64,000 nt of DNA from Methanotrichaceae archaeon (GCA_963803145.1 CAWDLW010000012.1:1-64000); one strand, 5' to 3'. Counted from the stretch's first letter, positions 20,816 through 30,914 are shown. The notes: generated by a model not told the origin, from the sequence alone. Program-made: numbers and translations.

Positions 20816-20907
20816 TGAGGCATAGGTTACTATATCTGGATTTTACTCTAGATCTCTTTTCACGGAGGTCTATCAAATTAATGATAGACTACTTCACCTA
20901 CGCCTCA
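20816..20907 (-). ncRNA. Structured element 1 (candidate sRNA)
   Basis: 12-bp closing stem TGAGGCGTAGGT/ACCTATGCCTCA enclosing three hairpins; AT-rich TATA-like stretch upstream on the minus strand. Confidence 0.45.
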
Positions 20908-21086
20908 ATCATATATTACATTCAATAGTATTAATAATTTCTGGATGATAGTAGCTTCAGTGATTACCTGATAATAGTTTAGATAGTAAGCAATGAATGA
21001 AGCAATGATATGTTATGAATAGGACTCCTTTAAAAATCGGAGTTAATAAAATGGATAAACTTTATGTAGAATCCTTAGAAATCTAA

Positions 21087-21177
21087 TGAGGCATAAGGAA
21101 AGGTTGCATTAGATACAATCCCTCTTTAGGGGAATCCCGCTTACACGGGTAATGGATAATCCTTTCCTTACGCCTCA
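21087..21177 (-). ncRNA. Structured element 2 (candidate sRNA)
   Basis: 17-bp closing stem TGAGGCGTAAGGAAAGG/CCTTTCCTTATGCCTCA enclosing CATTA/TAATG and two GC hairpins. Confidence 0.45.
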
Positions 21178-21386
21178 GATAACAATTTAGATCTCATGAT
21201 ATTTATTTTTGATGCTTGCCTAAGATGCTATCGATAAATTTACTGGCGCTTATCTTGCCTACTGTTTTTCTTCAGATAATAACTATTGCTATTGAACTAT
21301 CTTTAAACGACTTCCATTAATGGTTTTTCTCTACAGCTCTGGTTTTATTTTGGCTAATTAGATAGCTAAAAGAATCTTGAGAAGAC

Positions 21387-21462
21387 GGCATAAAAGCATA
21401 GGAGTCCGAGGTGTGGACAAATGCCCAATCCCCTCGTTCCTCATGATCCTGCGGCTTATGCC
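21387..21462 (-). ncRNA. Structured element 3 (more divergent candidate sRNA)
   Basis: GGCATAA/TTATGCC closing stem and an inner GTCC/GGAC hairpin; its flank ATTAGATAGCTAAAA resembles the flank of element 1. Confidence 0.3.
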
Positions 21463-21578
21463 TGCTTTGATATATCAAAAGCTGTATTTTAGCTGAAGAT
21501 AATGCTTTTAGTTCTATCTATCCATTTATGATTTGATAAGTTCTTTCTTATAACACGCAAAAATCGCGTCCTGAGAAC

Positions 21579-21758
21579 TCATGCCCTGACTTGAGTTGCC
21601 TTCTGAGATCTCCTTATCTTCCGGACCCTCGCGCCAGCGGATGTGTACTTCTGCATAGGGCCGGGCTTCTTATATGGTACCTCAGCCTTTGGTACCTGTC
21701 TTACTTGACCTTTCCTGCTCTTTATTTTAACCCATTCAATACTTCCGGTCTTTCCCAT
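21579..21758 (-). CDS. Small basic archaeal protein, DUF5350-like (59 aa, absent from the ORF track)
   Basis: Manual translation: MGKTGSIEWVKIKSRKGQVRQVPKAEVPYKKPGPMQKYTSAGARVRKIRRSQKATQVRA*. Confidence 0.8.
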   Translation of the reverse strand: MGKTGSIEWVKIKSRKGQVRQVPKAEVPYKKPGPMQKYTSAGARVRKIRRSQKATQVRA

Positions 21759-21849
21759 GGATTTAAGCTTGAATAACCTGTATTAAATAGCTTTCGAGAT
21801 GTGAGAAGGGCGCAAAACTTTTAATCGCGGGGAGAACTTCTAATCCCTC

Positions 21850-22923
21850 GTGAGCAGTGAGTTGAATCTTCCTACCCTTCGCCCTGGCAAATCGATAGCT
21901 TTGATAGTTTTGGGCATGGGTGTTTATTTTGTCTATCTTTATCACTTAGGTTTCCAGGAGATAATAAGGGCACTTAGCAATGTCAATCTTGCTATCTTCT
22001 CACTGGGAATCGTGCTGGCCCTGGCAGGCGTCCTAGGCGATTCACTTGCCTGGCAGGAGATCGCCAAGAGGTTCGATTATAATGTGCCGATTTGGGATAT
22101 TTTTCTCATCTACATGTCGTGTATCTTCATGAACAACCTGATTCCCTCGGGCAGTTTTTCGGGCGAGACGACGCGCATCTATTTTCTGGATAAGATTGCC
22201 GGAAACTCGCGGATAGATAAGTCATCTGCAACTGTAGCTGCAACCAGGATAATCACTGCGATACCCTTCATCGTAGGCACAATCGTGGGCATCGCATATT
22301 TGGCCCTAGCTACGGATACGCCTGCTTGGACGCTTGCAACCTGTTCAGGCATAACGATAATTCTCTTCTGTCTGAATATAGGCTTCTTTGGGGTATGCTA
22401 TGCGGATGGCTGGCTGGAGCGGATAATCTTCCCCGCCGTAGATCATATCGAACGGATTTTCCGCGTCCACATAGACCGGGGAATGTGCAGCGGAGTCATG
22501 AGCCAGTTTCACCAATCCATGAATATACTAGCTTCTCATAAGCGTACCCTTTTTATCAGCACCTTCTGGGCTGTTGTAGGCTGGATTTGCATGACTCTAG
22601 TTGCCACAATCACTTTTCGATCCATGGGTGTTTCTGTCCCGCTAAGGGCGGTCTTCGCAGTCTATACGGTTATTATCTTTCTCCAGATGCTCCCGCTCTT
22701 CCTTCCTGGAGGTATAGGGCTTGTTGATATTGTCATGATAACGCTTTTCACTGCTATCGGTGTGCCCACACATAGCGCAGTGGCAGCCTCAATATTGATC
22801 AGGCTTATACAGCTTTGGTTCCTGACTGCGTTCGGCGCGATCTCAACTGCCTACCTTGTGAAAAAGATCAATCGCGATAGCCTGAGCTCAGCTATCAAGA
22901 TTGGTGCAGCAAAAAGCTTTTAA
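21850..22923 (+). CDS. UPF0104 / lysylphosphatidylglycerol-synthase TM-domain (flippase-like) membrane protein
   Basis: Multiple TM helices; FMNNLIPSG..SGE..R and LPGGIGLVD motifs. Confidence 0.85.
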   Translation: MSSELNLPTLRPGKSIALIVLGMGVYFVYLYHLGFQEIIRALSNVNLAIFSLGIVLALAGVLGDSLAWQEIAKRFDYNVPIWDIFLIYMSCIFMNNLIPSGSFSGETTRIYFLDKIAGNSRIDKSSATVAATRIITAIPFIVGTIVGIAYLALATDTPAWTLATCSGITIILFCLNIGFFGVCYADGWLERIIFPAVDHIERIFRVHIDRGMCSGVMSQFHQSMNILASHKRTLFISTFWAVVGWICMTLVATITFRSMGVSVPLRAVFAVYTVIIFLQMLPLFLPGGIGLVDIVMITLFTAIGVPTHSAVAASILIRLIQLWFLTAFGAISTAYLVKKINRDSLSSAIKIGAAKSF

Positions 22924-22954
22924 GTGCCTCTGATAACTAAGAAATACTGCCTTT

Positions 22955-23029
22955 GGGACAGTGGGGTAGCCTGGTCTATCCTCGAGGGTTTGGGACTCTT
23001 GGACCGCGGTTCGAATCCGCGCTGTCCCA
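22955..23029 (+). tRNA. tRNA-Pro(TGG)
   Basis: Acceptor GGGACAG/CTGTCCC, anticodon loop TT-TGG-GA, T arm CGCGG-TTCGAAT-CCGCG; no intron and no encoded CCA. Confidence 0.95.
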
Positions 23030-23117
23030 TTCTTTTAATTTATAGCTTTTAAAATGACTTCGAAGTCATCCCAAACTAAGGATAGATTGTTATATTTCAT
23101 CTTAGTATCATTATTGC

Positions 23118-24110
23118 TCATATTATTACTGTCTCCTTACAACGCCGACATGCCGCCTGAAGCTCAGTAATCCCAGACCCGGGGAAATGGTCAATTAAGC
23201 ATAAATCCGCAGGCTCGGCCCTGGAAAACAGTCTGAGCAGATCCCCGTGATATACTTCGATCTCACATGCTCCTGAGGCCCTGCATGCTAGCACTGGCTC
23301 AAGGCCTAATGCATCAGATGGAATCTCTGGATACTTTATTTCATCGATCCCCAGAATCTTCTTGTTCATTTCCAGGTTGAGCATAGTGTTCTTGATTGCA
23401 GGAAGCCAGATATCATTCAGCACAACGCGCCTAGCTCCAGCAAGGGCGCACATCAATCCAAGTGTGCCTGGACCGCAAAGGCCGTCAATGATATCTTTTC
23501 CGGCGATAGGGAGCCCTTCGATGATCTTCATCTTTGGCGCGCTTTGTCTTGGAAACTCGATATGCACCTTAGACTGGCTCTTGTAGATTACAAGCTCGCC
23601 GAACATGCTCTGGATTACGTCTGAGCGCATATCGCATCCTGCCAGGAGCTCGTTCTCGATTGGCTTTTTTTTAGAATCAGAGACGCCAGCTACACCTTTG
23701 TTCAGGATTACCCCTTTGATCTCAGGCACATTGCGAAGTATCTTCTCTGCAGCATCTTTGTTTAGCCTCTCGCCGGCTATCATCAAAGTACTGGGGCCAA
23801 GGCGCGGAGGGTAGGCAAGAGGATAGCCAACGCTTATCAGCGGAGAGCCCACACTCCGAAGTGTATCTCTTTCATCGCGCAGCCCAACATGTTTCAGCGT
23901 GCGGAGCGCATCAAGCATAACCGCATCGAGTGGAGCCTTGCCGCAGGATCTGCACCTTGCAACCTTGGGTGGCAGAGCCTTCAAGGGGCTGCCCTTATCC
24001 AAATTCGGCTCAGGCCCACAGTTAGGGCATGCCATATACATGCCGTCCATGTTTGCCAGTATCTCTTCTGCAGGCTTCGGGCAATCTTTTCCGCAGCAGG
24101 GGCACTCCAT
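23118..24110 (-). CDS. Zn-binding, SAM-dependent methyltransferase-like protein
   Basis: N-terminal CPCC..C, CPNC and CRSC; IIDGLCGPGTLGL motif I; LNDIW. Start moved to MECPCC at 24110. Confidence 0.65.
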   Translation of the reverse strand: MECPCCGKDCPKPAEEILANMDGMYMACPNCGPEPNLDKGSPLKALPPKVARCRSCGKAPLDAVMLDALRTLKHVGLRDERDTLRSVGSPLISVGYPLAYPPRLGPSTLMIAGERLNKDAAEKILRNVPEIKGVILNKGVAGVSDSKKKPIENELLAGCDMRSDVIQSMFGELVIYKSQSKVHIEFPRQSAPKMKIIEGLPIAGKDIIDGLCGPGTLGLMCALAGARRVVLNDIWLPAIKNTMLNLEMNKKILGIDEIKYPEIPSDALGLEPVLACRASGACEIEVYHGDLLRLFSRAEPADLCLIDHFPGSGITELQAACRRCKETVII

Positions 24111-24207
24111 AATCTGTTTCCAAGCGCTATGGAATATTTCAGCCTTTCTTTCCCTAGAAAGGTTTGTAAACAAGGAGCGCGTTAAGGCGGCGAAGGTGGT
24201 TTTGGAC

Positions 24208-25470
24208 ATGGCACAGAGAGGCATAAGGGAATATGATGGAAAGCGTATGCTGGCCAAGTACCTTCCTGAATACCTAAGCGATTTCTCTTATAAAGGGCAC
24301 CTTATTCTAGTAGGTCCGGAGACCGATATAGACAATCTCCCTGCTGATAACCCCTGGCTGAAGACTGAGAAACTCGTTGTCAAACCAGATCAGCTTTTTG
24401 GAAAAAGGGGCAAGCATGGCCTTGTACTTCTGGACGCATCTTGGGAGGATGCTAAGAACTACCTCAGGAAGAATATGGGTGCTCCAGTCACTGTGGGCGG
24501 AGTCGAAGGCAAGCTGACCCACTTCCTAATAGAGCCTTTCATACATCATACGATCGAGTTCTATGTCGCGATAAGCTCAGATTATGATGGCGATAATATC
24601 TATTTCTCACCAGCAGGCGGCATAAGCGTCGAGGAGAACTGGGACAAGGTTGTGCAGATCCATGTTGATATCCTTGATGGAATCGACGGGGTGGATGTAA
24701 AATCCAAGTTGCCCGCAGGCCTGAGAGATAAGAGCGATGCAATTGATAAATTCATTAAAGCCCTTTACAGGTTTTATTCCGAATCGGGCTTTGCATACAT
24801 AGAGATCAACCCCTTCGCATTTTCTGATGGAAGCATAGTTCCTCTGGACCTTGTGGCCAAGCTGGATGATGCAGAGGAGTATTGGCAGAGGAAGAGATGG
24901 GAAGGACTCGTATTCCCTGAGCCTTTTGGCAGGACGCTTACCAAGGAAGAGCTGTACATCAAAGATCTGGATTCAAAGACTGGTGCCTCATTAAAGCTTA
25001 CAATCCTGAATCCCAAGGGACGCATCTGGACGATGGTTGCAGGTGGAGGCGCGAGCGTAATCTACGCGGATACAATCTGCGATCTTGGATTTGCGAGAGA
25101 GCTTGCAAACTATGGCGAATACAGCGGCGATCCCAATACAGAGGAGACATACCATTACACCAGGACTGTTCTTGACCTTATGACACGCGACAAAGATCCC
25201 AGAGGAAAGGTTCTGCTAATAGGTGGTGCAATAGCCAACTTCACCGATGTTGCGAACACATTCAAGGGCGTGGTTATGGCTCTCGAAGAGTACCAGGAGA
25301 GGCTGCGCCAGACAGGAGTTAAGATCTATGTGCGCCGAGGCGGGCCGAATTATGAGGTCGGATTAAAACTCATGCGTGATCTGGGCGGAAGATTGGGCGT
25401 GCCAATTGACGTTTACGGACCTGAGACGCATATGACTAGAATTGTTCCTATGGCTTTGGGAGGTGTATAA
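24208..25470 (+). CDS. aclB: ATP-citrate lyase beta subunit (ATP-grasp)
   Basis: MAQRGIREYDGK start, VKPDQLFGKRGK, WTMVAGGGASVIYAD, ANYGEYSG, IANFTDVA and VRRGGPNY. Confidence 0.95.
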   Translation: MAQRGIREYDGKRMLAKYLPEYLSDFSYKGHLILVGPETDIDNLPADNPWLKTEKLVVKPDQLFGKRGKHGLVLLDASWEDAKNYLRKNMGAPVTVGGVEGKLTHFLIEPFIHHTIEFYVAISSDYDGDNIYFSPAGGISVEENWDKVVQIHVDILDGIDGVDVKSKLPAGLRDKSDAIDKFIKALYRFYSESGFAYIEINPFAFSDGSIVPLDLVAKLDDAEEYWQRKRWEGLVFPEPFGRTLTKEELYIKDLDSKTGASLKLTILNPKGRIWTMVAGGGASVIYADTICDLGFARELANYGEYSGDPNTEETYHYTRTVLDLMTRDKDPRGKVLLIGGAIANFTDVANTFKGVVMALEEYQERLRQTGVKIYVRRGGPNYEVGLKLMRDLGGRLGVPIDVYGPETHMTRIVPMALGGV

Positions 25471-25472
25471 CA

Positions 25473-27374
25473 ATGATGGCTTTAGCCGCAAAGCCTTCAG
25501 CTATGGAGTCTTCTACTGCTAAGAAGGATTATGCTCTATTCAATAGGAATACCACAGCCTTTGTCTATGGCTACCAGACGAACGCCATCCAGAGGATGCT
25601 GGATTTTGATTATATCTGCAAGCGCGAGATGCCGAGCATTGCTGCAATAATAAACCCGAGCCGTGGAGGGATACATAAGGCATTCTGGGGAACAAGGGAG
25701 ATCATTTTGCCTATGTATAAGACCGTACAGGAGGCTGTCAAGGCTTTTCCTGATGCGGATGTTATGGTGAACTTTGCCTCACATCGCTCAGCCTTCGAGA
25801 CAACAATGGAGGCACTTGAGCAGCCTACAATTCGAACAATCGCTGTTATAGCCGAGGGTGTGCCTGAGAGACAGGCAAGGATAATGTCCGCCACTGCCCG
25901 AAGGCTTAAAAAGTTTATAATCGGGCCTGCAACTGTAGGCGGGATGCTCGCTGGAGCCTTCAGAATAGGGAATACTGCAGGAACCATTGAGAATATTATT
26001 GCCTCAAAGCTTTACCGTCCAGGATGTGTAGGATTTGTCTCAAAGTCGGGAGGAATGCTTAACGAGGCTTTCAACATAATTTCCCGCAATTCGAATGGAA
26101 TCTACGAGGGAGTTGCCATCGGCGGGGATCGCTATCCGGGCTCGACGATGCTTGATCATATCTTACGCTACGAAGCAAATCCTGAGATCAAGATGATCGC
26201 ATGTCTTGGCGAACTTGGCGGCGAGGATGAGTACAGAATTATAAAGGCCTTGAAGGCCGGAAAGATCACAAAGCCGCTTGTCGCATGGGTTACCGGAACC
26301 TGCGGGCCCGTTCTGCCGTCAAGCGTACAGTTTGGACATGCAGGCGCAAAGGCAGATACTCAGAAGGAGACGGCGCAGGCGAAGAATGATGCATTTCACA
26401 GCGCTGGTGCATATGTACCTAAATCATTCGATGACTACGGCGATACAGTAAAGCAGGTTTATGAGATGCTCAAGTCTCAGGGCATAACGGCTGATATCGC
26501 CGAGCCTGAGGTGCCACGATTGCCTGCAGACTACAGCAAAGCCCTGTCATCAGGCATGATTCGCAAGCCCACCACGTTCATCTGTACGATCTCCGATGAT
26601 AGCGGTGAGGAGCTCCTATACGCAGGCAAGCCCATATCAGATGTTATGGAGCAGAAGATGGGAATAGGAGGCGTGATTGGACTTCTCTGGTTCAAGAAAG
26701 ATCTCCCAGATTATGCGAAAAGGTTCATTGAGCTTGTAATCCAAATCACCGCAGATCACGGCCCTGCTGTTTCAGGAGCCCATAATGCAATTGTTGCATC
26801 CTGTGCAGGCAAGGATCTTATCTCGTCTCTATGTAGCGGCCTTCTGACAATAGGCCCACGGTTTGGCGGAGCAATTGACGATGCTGCCAGAGAGTTCAAG
26901 CGTGCAAAGGAGGCTGGTCTCACTCCTGAGCAGTTCGTGACAGAGATGAAGAGAAAGGGCATAAATATTCCAGGAATAGGCCACAGAATCAAGAGCGTCA
27001 AGAACCCCGATAAGCGCGTCACGCTCCTGATAGACTTTGCAAGGAAGAACTTTGCCAGAACTGAGCTGCTAGATTACGCTTTAGCGGTGGAGAAGCTCAC
27101 GACGGCAAAGAAGGGCAACCTAATTCTGAATGTAGATGGCTGCATAGGCATCCTCTTCCTGGATCTTATGAACTCTTGCGGAGCATTCTCATCAGAGGAA
27201 ATCAACGAGGTTGTCAGGTTCGGCTATCTGAATGGGATGTTCGCTTTAGGCAGGAGCATCGGCCTGATTGGGCACATTCTCGATCAGAAGCGCCTTGGGG
27301 CAAGGCTTTATAGGCATCCAACGGAGGATATTGCTTACATGCTGCCATCTGAAGATGATATCAGGTGCGGCTAG
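25473..27374 (+). CDS. aclA: ATP-citrate lyase alpha subunit (CoA-binding plus citryl-CoA lyase)
   Basis: IGPATVGG, QFGHAGA phospho-His, ADHGPAVSGAHN, PGIGHRIKS and LNVDGCI. Confidence 0.95.
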   Translation: MMALAAKPSAMESSTAKKDYALFNRNTTAFVYGYQTNAIQRMLDFDYICKREMPSIAAIINPSRGGIHKAFWGTREIILPMYKTVQEAVKAFPDADVMVNFASHRSAFETTMEALEQPTIRTIAVIAEGVPERQARIMSATARRLKKFIIGPATVGGMLAGAFRIGNTAGTIENIIASKLYRPGCVGFVSKSGGMLNEAFNIISRNSNGIYEGVAIGGDRYPGSTMLDHILRYEANPEIKMIACLGELGGEDEYRIIKALKAGKITKPLVAWVTGTCGPVLPSSVQFGHAGAKADTQKETAQAKNDAFHSAGAYVPKSFDDYGDTVKQVYEMLKSQGITADIAEPEVPRLPADYSKALSSGMIRKPTTFICTISDDSGEELLYAGKPISDVMEQKMGIGGVIGLLWFKKDLPDYAKRFIELVIQITADHGPAVSGAHNAIVASCAGKDLISSLCSGLLTIGPRFGGAIDDAAREFKRAKEAGLTPEQFVTEMKRKGINIPGIGHRIKSVKNPDKRVTLLIDFARKNFARTELLDYALAVEKLTTAKKGNLILNVDGCIGILFLDLMNSCGAFSSEEINEVVRFGYLNGMFALGRSIGLIGHILDQKRLGARLYRHPTEDIAYMLPSEDDIRCG

Positions 27375-27394
27375 GTAGGCAAAAGAGGTAAAAT

Positions 27395-28639
27395 TTGCCC
27401 ACAATCAGCCAGAAGATACTTACGCGTGCATCAGGCTCGAAAAAAATGGTTGAGCCGGGGGAGATCATTGAGGCCGGCGTAGATTATGCCATGTCCCACG
27501 ATGGCACCTCCGTGCTCGCCATCAAAGCTTTCAAGGAAATGGGATCGAGAAAGGTATGGGACCCGAAGAGGATCATCATGCCCTTCGATCACATTGTGCC
27601 TGCGAACAATGAAACTGCAGCTACACTTCAAAAGGAAGTACGCACATGGGCACGCGAGCAATGTATAACCAACTTTTTTGATTGCGGCTCGGGCGTATGC
27701 CATCAGGTATTGCCGGAGCAGGGATTCGCGCTTCCTGGGCTATTGGTAATAGGAGCCGATTCTCATTCTTGTACATACGGAGCCTTCGGTGCCTTTGCAA
27801 CTGGCGTCGGTGCAACTGACATGGCAGAGATATACTCTCGCGGAAGACTATGGCTGAAGGTGCCGGAAACAGTGGCAATCAGATTAAAGGGCAAACTCAA
27901 GCCATCTGTCTCTGCCAAGGATATTGCTCTGATGGTTATTGGAGAGCTGGGCGCAGATGGCGCAACCTACAAGGCTGTTGAATATATCGGCAGTACGATT
28001 GAGGATCTGAGCATCTCAGGAAGGATGACGCTCTGCAATTTGGGCGTGGAGATGGGAGCTAAAGCTGCTATAGTTCCTCCCGATGAAAAGACTGATGACT
28101 TTTTGCGAGGGCGTGCAAGAAGCGAGTACAGCCACGTGTATTCTGATCCGGGCTCATATGATGAAGAGATCGAGTACGATGTGAGCGGGCTTGAGCCTCA
28201 GGTGGCAGTGCCATTCCGAGTGGATAACGTCCGTCCTGTAACTGAACTTGAGGGCAAAGAGATCGATCAGGTGTTCATAGGAACCTGCACCAATGGACGG
28301 CTTGAGGATCTCGAAGTCGCAGCGAGGATAATTGGAGATCAGAAGGTAAAGGCCCGAACTTTGATTATACCCGCATCGCGCGAGGTGATGCTCGATGCAC
28401 TTAGTGCAGGCATAATCGAGACCTTTGTTCAAGCCGGAGCCATTATTGCGCCGCCTGGCTGCGGCCCTTGCCTTGGGGCGCATATGGGCGTTCTGGGTGA
28501 GGGAGAGGTATGCCTATCAACATCCAACCGCAACTTCCCAGGCAGGATGGGCAAAGGCGGACTGGTCTATTTGGCATCGCCTGCGACTGCTGCGGCGTCG
28601 GCGGTGAGCGGGTGCATAACGTCGCCTGAGAAAGTTTAA
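27395..28639 (+). CDS. Aconitase-family large subunit (3-isopropylmalate dehydratase/homoaconitase, LeuC/HacA)
   Basis: [39 protein letters not shown] and STSNRNF.GRMG. Confidence 0.92.
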   Translation: MPTISQKILTRASGSKKMVEPGEIIEAGVDYAMSHDGTSVLAIKAFKEMGSRKVWDPKRIIMPFDHIVPANNETAATLQKEVRTWAREQCITNFFDCGSGVCHQVLPEQGFALPGLLVIGADSHSCTYGAFGAFATGVGATDMAEIYSRGRLWLKVPETVAIRLKGKLKPSVSAKDIALMVIGELGADGATYKAVEYIGSTIEDLSISGRMTLCNLGVEMGAKAAIVPPDEKTDDFLRGRARSEYSHVYSDPGSYDEEIEYDVSGLEPQVAVPFRVDNVRPVTELEGKEIDQVFIGTCTNGRLEDLEVAARIIGDQKVKARTLIIPASREVMLDALSAGIIETFVQAGAIIAPPGCGPCLGAHMGVLGEGEVCLSTSNRNFPGRMGKGGLVYLASPATAAASAVSGCITSPEKV

Positions 28640-29066
28640 GGGTGAGTGCTGAAATCTCGTATATTCCTTGCTTTTCTGAAGGTTATCATCCTTCATAATT
28701 CGCGATAACTACATGATTGATCACAGAGTTTAGTTCATTTGATGTTTAGATTCATTAGTGGCGACAGTGCCGCAGCCTATCTTGCGATTAATTCTATCAC
28801 ATTTTCTAGGCAACCGGAAAAAGCTATAGAACCATTCTCCTGTTGCACGTATCTAGTCTGTCGGTTGACCACACAAAAATATATAAGTTGCATGGATCTT
28901 CAAAATCGGCTTAACTACTCTTCTAGATAATCCCTCATTCCATAAACTGTAAGCACAAATATGCCAGCTCGCGGCATATAGATCAATTATGCCAATGCAT
29001 AGCGAATACTGCAAAATAGAATCTGGAGCGCAAAGGCATACTTAACGTGCTAAGATCGTTATTGAT

Positions 29067-29206
29067 AAAAATGCTATTTTTAAAATCGAAATGGCTTTGT
29101 TTTAAGCCTTCTCTCCTTCGAGAGCATTCGATAGCCTTGACCGCATATACGCCTCTCGTCTCTGGTTCGGGCTGGCCTTGATGTATATTCTTGTAATGGC
29201 AAAGAG
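29067..29206 (-). pseudogene. Orphan 3' end of a paralogous tyrosine recombinase plus its downstream flank
   Basis: Reads ..TRIYIKASPNQRREAYMRSRLSNALEGEKA*, versus TGIYLKASPNHRREAYMRSRLSNVLAREKA* at 30282. It is a direct repeat of ~30247-30385. Confidence 0.85.
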
Positions 29207-29366
29207 GCAAAATTTATTCGTATTTTATATTGTCTTCCAAGAAATTAAACTTCTTCCAGCAAGGTTTTCTTGCAATCCATTTTCATTGAAATGGATAAGC
29301 ATTGCTGGGGTAATGCAAAAAAATTCCCCGATCGGCGAGAAAATTAATTTTTTTGCTTTATCAATC

Positions 29367-30131
29367 CTATTTTAGAGATTTTGCTTTTTTTACATTATCA
29401 TTGCACCACATATCTAATACTTGGCGATTTGTAAGAACCGTGATATTTGCCTGATGGAGATACGCCATCTGCTCCCTAAAACAATCTTTACTTACGCTCC
29501 ATGCGGAGTTAGGTTCGTTATATATATTATGATAAACCAGCACCGCCCACACATTTGGATTTTTTGCCCGATTAACGGTATTTTCAAATTCGTACATTGG
29601 TATTTCATCGGTCACATCAAACGCTCTGATATTATACCTATCAAAGCTATTTCTCATATTGAAAATAAATTCCTGGCAGTCTCCGCGCTGCGATTTGTAA
29701 TATTTTTTTATTTGCTTCATGGATTCGCCTGTGACGCAACCGAACGGACTAGCATACGAAGTCACTGTTGGCCAAGATGCGTTGAGCAAGTCGCGCGATA
29801 AGTTATACTGAATCATAAATTCGTCGAGGGTCAGATCAGCTGGCCTTTTGTGATTGTATCCGTGAGATTCTATATCCCAGCCGTCTTTGTATAGCAATGT
29901 GATCTCGCTAGCATTCATGCGGCCCTCGGCTCCACCGCTGCATTTGGGGTTAGCAATAATGAAAGCTGTTGCCTTAAGGCCATATTGATCCATGATATTC
30001 TTTGCTATCAAGTCGCTTCTGCATCCATCATCAAAATTTATGCTAATGACGGAAATCGCCAAAGGCACGAAAAATATTGCTGCAATGAGACATGGCAGAA
30101 TAACTTGTGAAAATTTTTTCATGATTTTCAC
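29367..30131 (-). CDS. Polysaccharide deacetylase (NodB/CE4), exported
   Basis: SINFDDG, ESHGYNH, SPFG and LVYHNI motifs; N-terminal hydrophobic segment; AT-rich. Confidence 0.85.
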   Translation of the reverse strand: MKIMKKFSQVILPCLIAAIFFVPLAISVISINFDDGCRSDLIAKNIMDQYGLKATAFIIANPKCSGGAEGRMNASEITLLYKDGWDIESHGYNHKRPADLTLDEFMIQYNLSRDLLNASWPTVTSYASPFGCVTGESMKQIKKYYKSQRGDCQEFIFNMRNSFDRYNIRAFDVTDEIPMYEFENTVNRAKNPNVWAVLVYHNIYNEPNSAWSVSKDCFREQMAYLHQANITVLTNRQVLDMWCNDNVKKAKSLK

Positions 30132-30281
30132 CCTCTTTGGCCTTTTGTTTTAAACTTTTTTTTCTTTTTGACGTTAAAATATCGCTATAACTTATTTGTT
30201 GATAAATGTTTTTCCGTCCAGATTGTGGGCATGCAAAAACCTGAAGAAAAATGCTATTTTAAAATCAAAATGGCTCAGTTT

Positions 30282-30893
30282 TCAAGCCTTCTCTCTTGCA
30301 AGGACATTCGATAGCCTTGAACGCATATATGCCTCCCGCCTATGGTTCGGGCTGGCCTTGAGGTATATGCCCGTAGTGGCTAGAGATGCGTGCCCCAGCT
30401 GGTCCTGAAGGTCTCCAACTGGCACTCCGCTATCTAGGCTCCAAATGGCAAAGCTATGCCTGAGCAGATGGGGATGTATCCGATGCCTGTCTTTTCCTGC
30501 CTTATCCTTTCGCTTGACTTCTTGCAGGCCAGCTATAGTAGCAATGTCATCAAGAATATTCTGGACCTGCCTTGATGAGATATGCCCTTCATTGTAGCTC
30601 GAAAACAGCCAGCCTTTAGAACGCCCATTAAGCTGCTTTGCTATGACCTCCGTAACTTGGGGCAGCAGGACCACAGTACGAGGCTTCTTGAACTTGGCAT
30701 TGACAGCTTCAACGTGCAAATATCCCTTATTGAGATCAATATCTTCTGCCTTGATCTGGGTCATCTTGCCTACACGCAGGCCAGCTCCGGCCAGGAGTAA
30801 TAGGATACATCTCTCTCTGTCATCCTTGGCGGCCTTTAATAGAGCGTTGAACTCTGCAAGGGTGAGAAATTTTTCTGGCTCCCTGCTTGCCAG
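30282..30893 (-). CDS. Catalytic-domain-only tyrosine recombinase (Xer-like); canonical start codon missing
   Basis: The frame is open to 30911 (ASREPEKFLTLAEF..GAGLRVGK..AKFKKPR..HPHLLRHSFA..LGHASLATTGIY). All R-K-H-R-H-Y residues are present, but only CTG (30893) precedes the first catalytic Arg. Confidence 0.85.
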   Translation of the reverse strand: MASREPEKFLTLAEFNALLKAAKDDRERCILLLLAGAGLRVGKMTQIKAEDIDLNKGYLHVEAVNAKFKKPRTVVLLPQVTEVIAKQLNGRSKGWLFSSYNEGHISSRQVQNILDDIATIAGLQEVKRKDKAGKDRHRIHPHLLRHSFAIWSLDSGVPVGDLQDQLGHASLATTGIYLKASPNHRREAYMRSRLSNVLAREKA

Positions 30894-30914
30894 GATAGCC
30901 CACGTCCTACATCA

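Noticed and set aside
20788-21560. CRISPR or omegaRNA array downstream of tnpB
   Set aside because: There are no identical direct repeats with ~30-40-nt spacers, and the elements do not resemble the IS right end. The IS may simply have landed next to them.
22955-23029. tRNA-Pro as the attachment site of the nearby recombinase island
   Set aside because: I found no duplicated tRNA 3' end elsewhere in the window, and core genes lie between the tRNA and the island.
23899-24257. Long overlapping N-terminal extensions of AclB and the divergent methyltransferase-like gene
   Set aside because: Recognisable starts are MAQRGIREY (24208) and MECPCC (24110), which leave a normal divergent gap.
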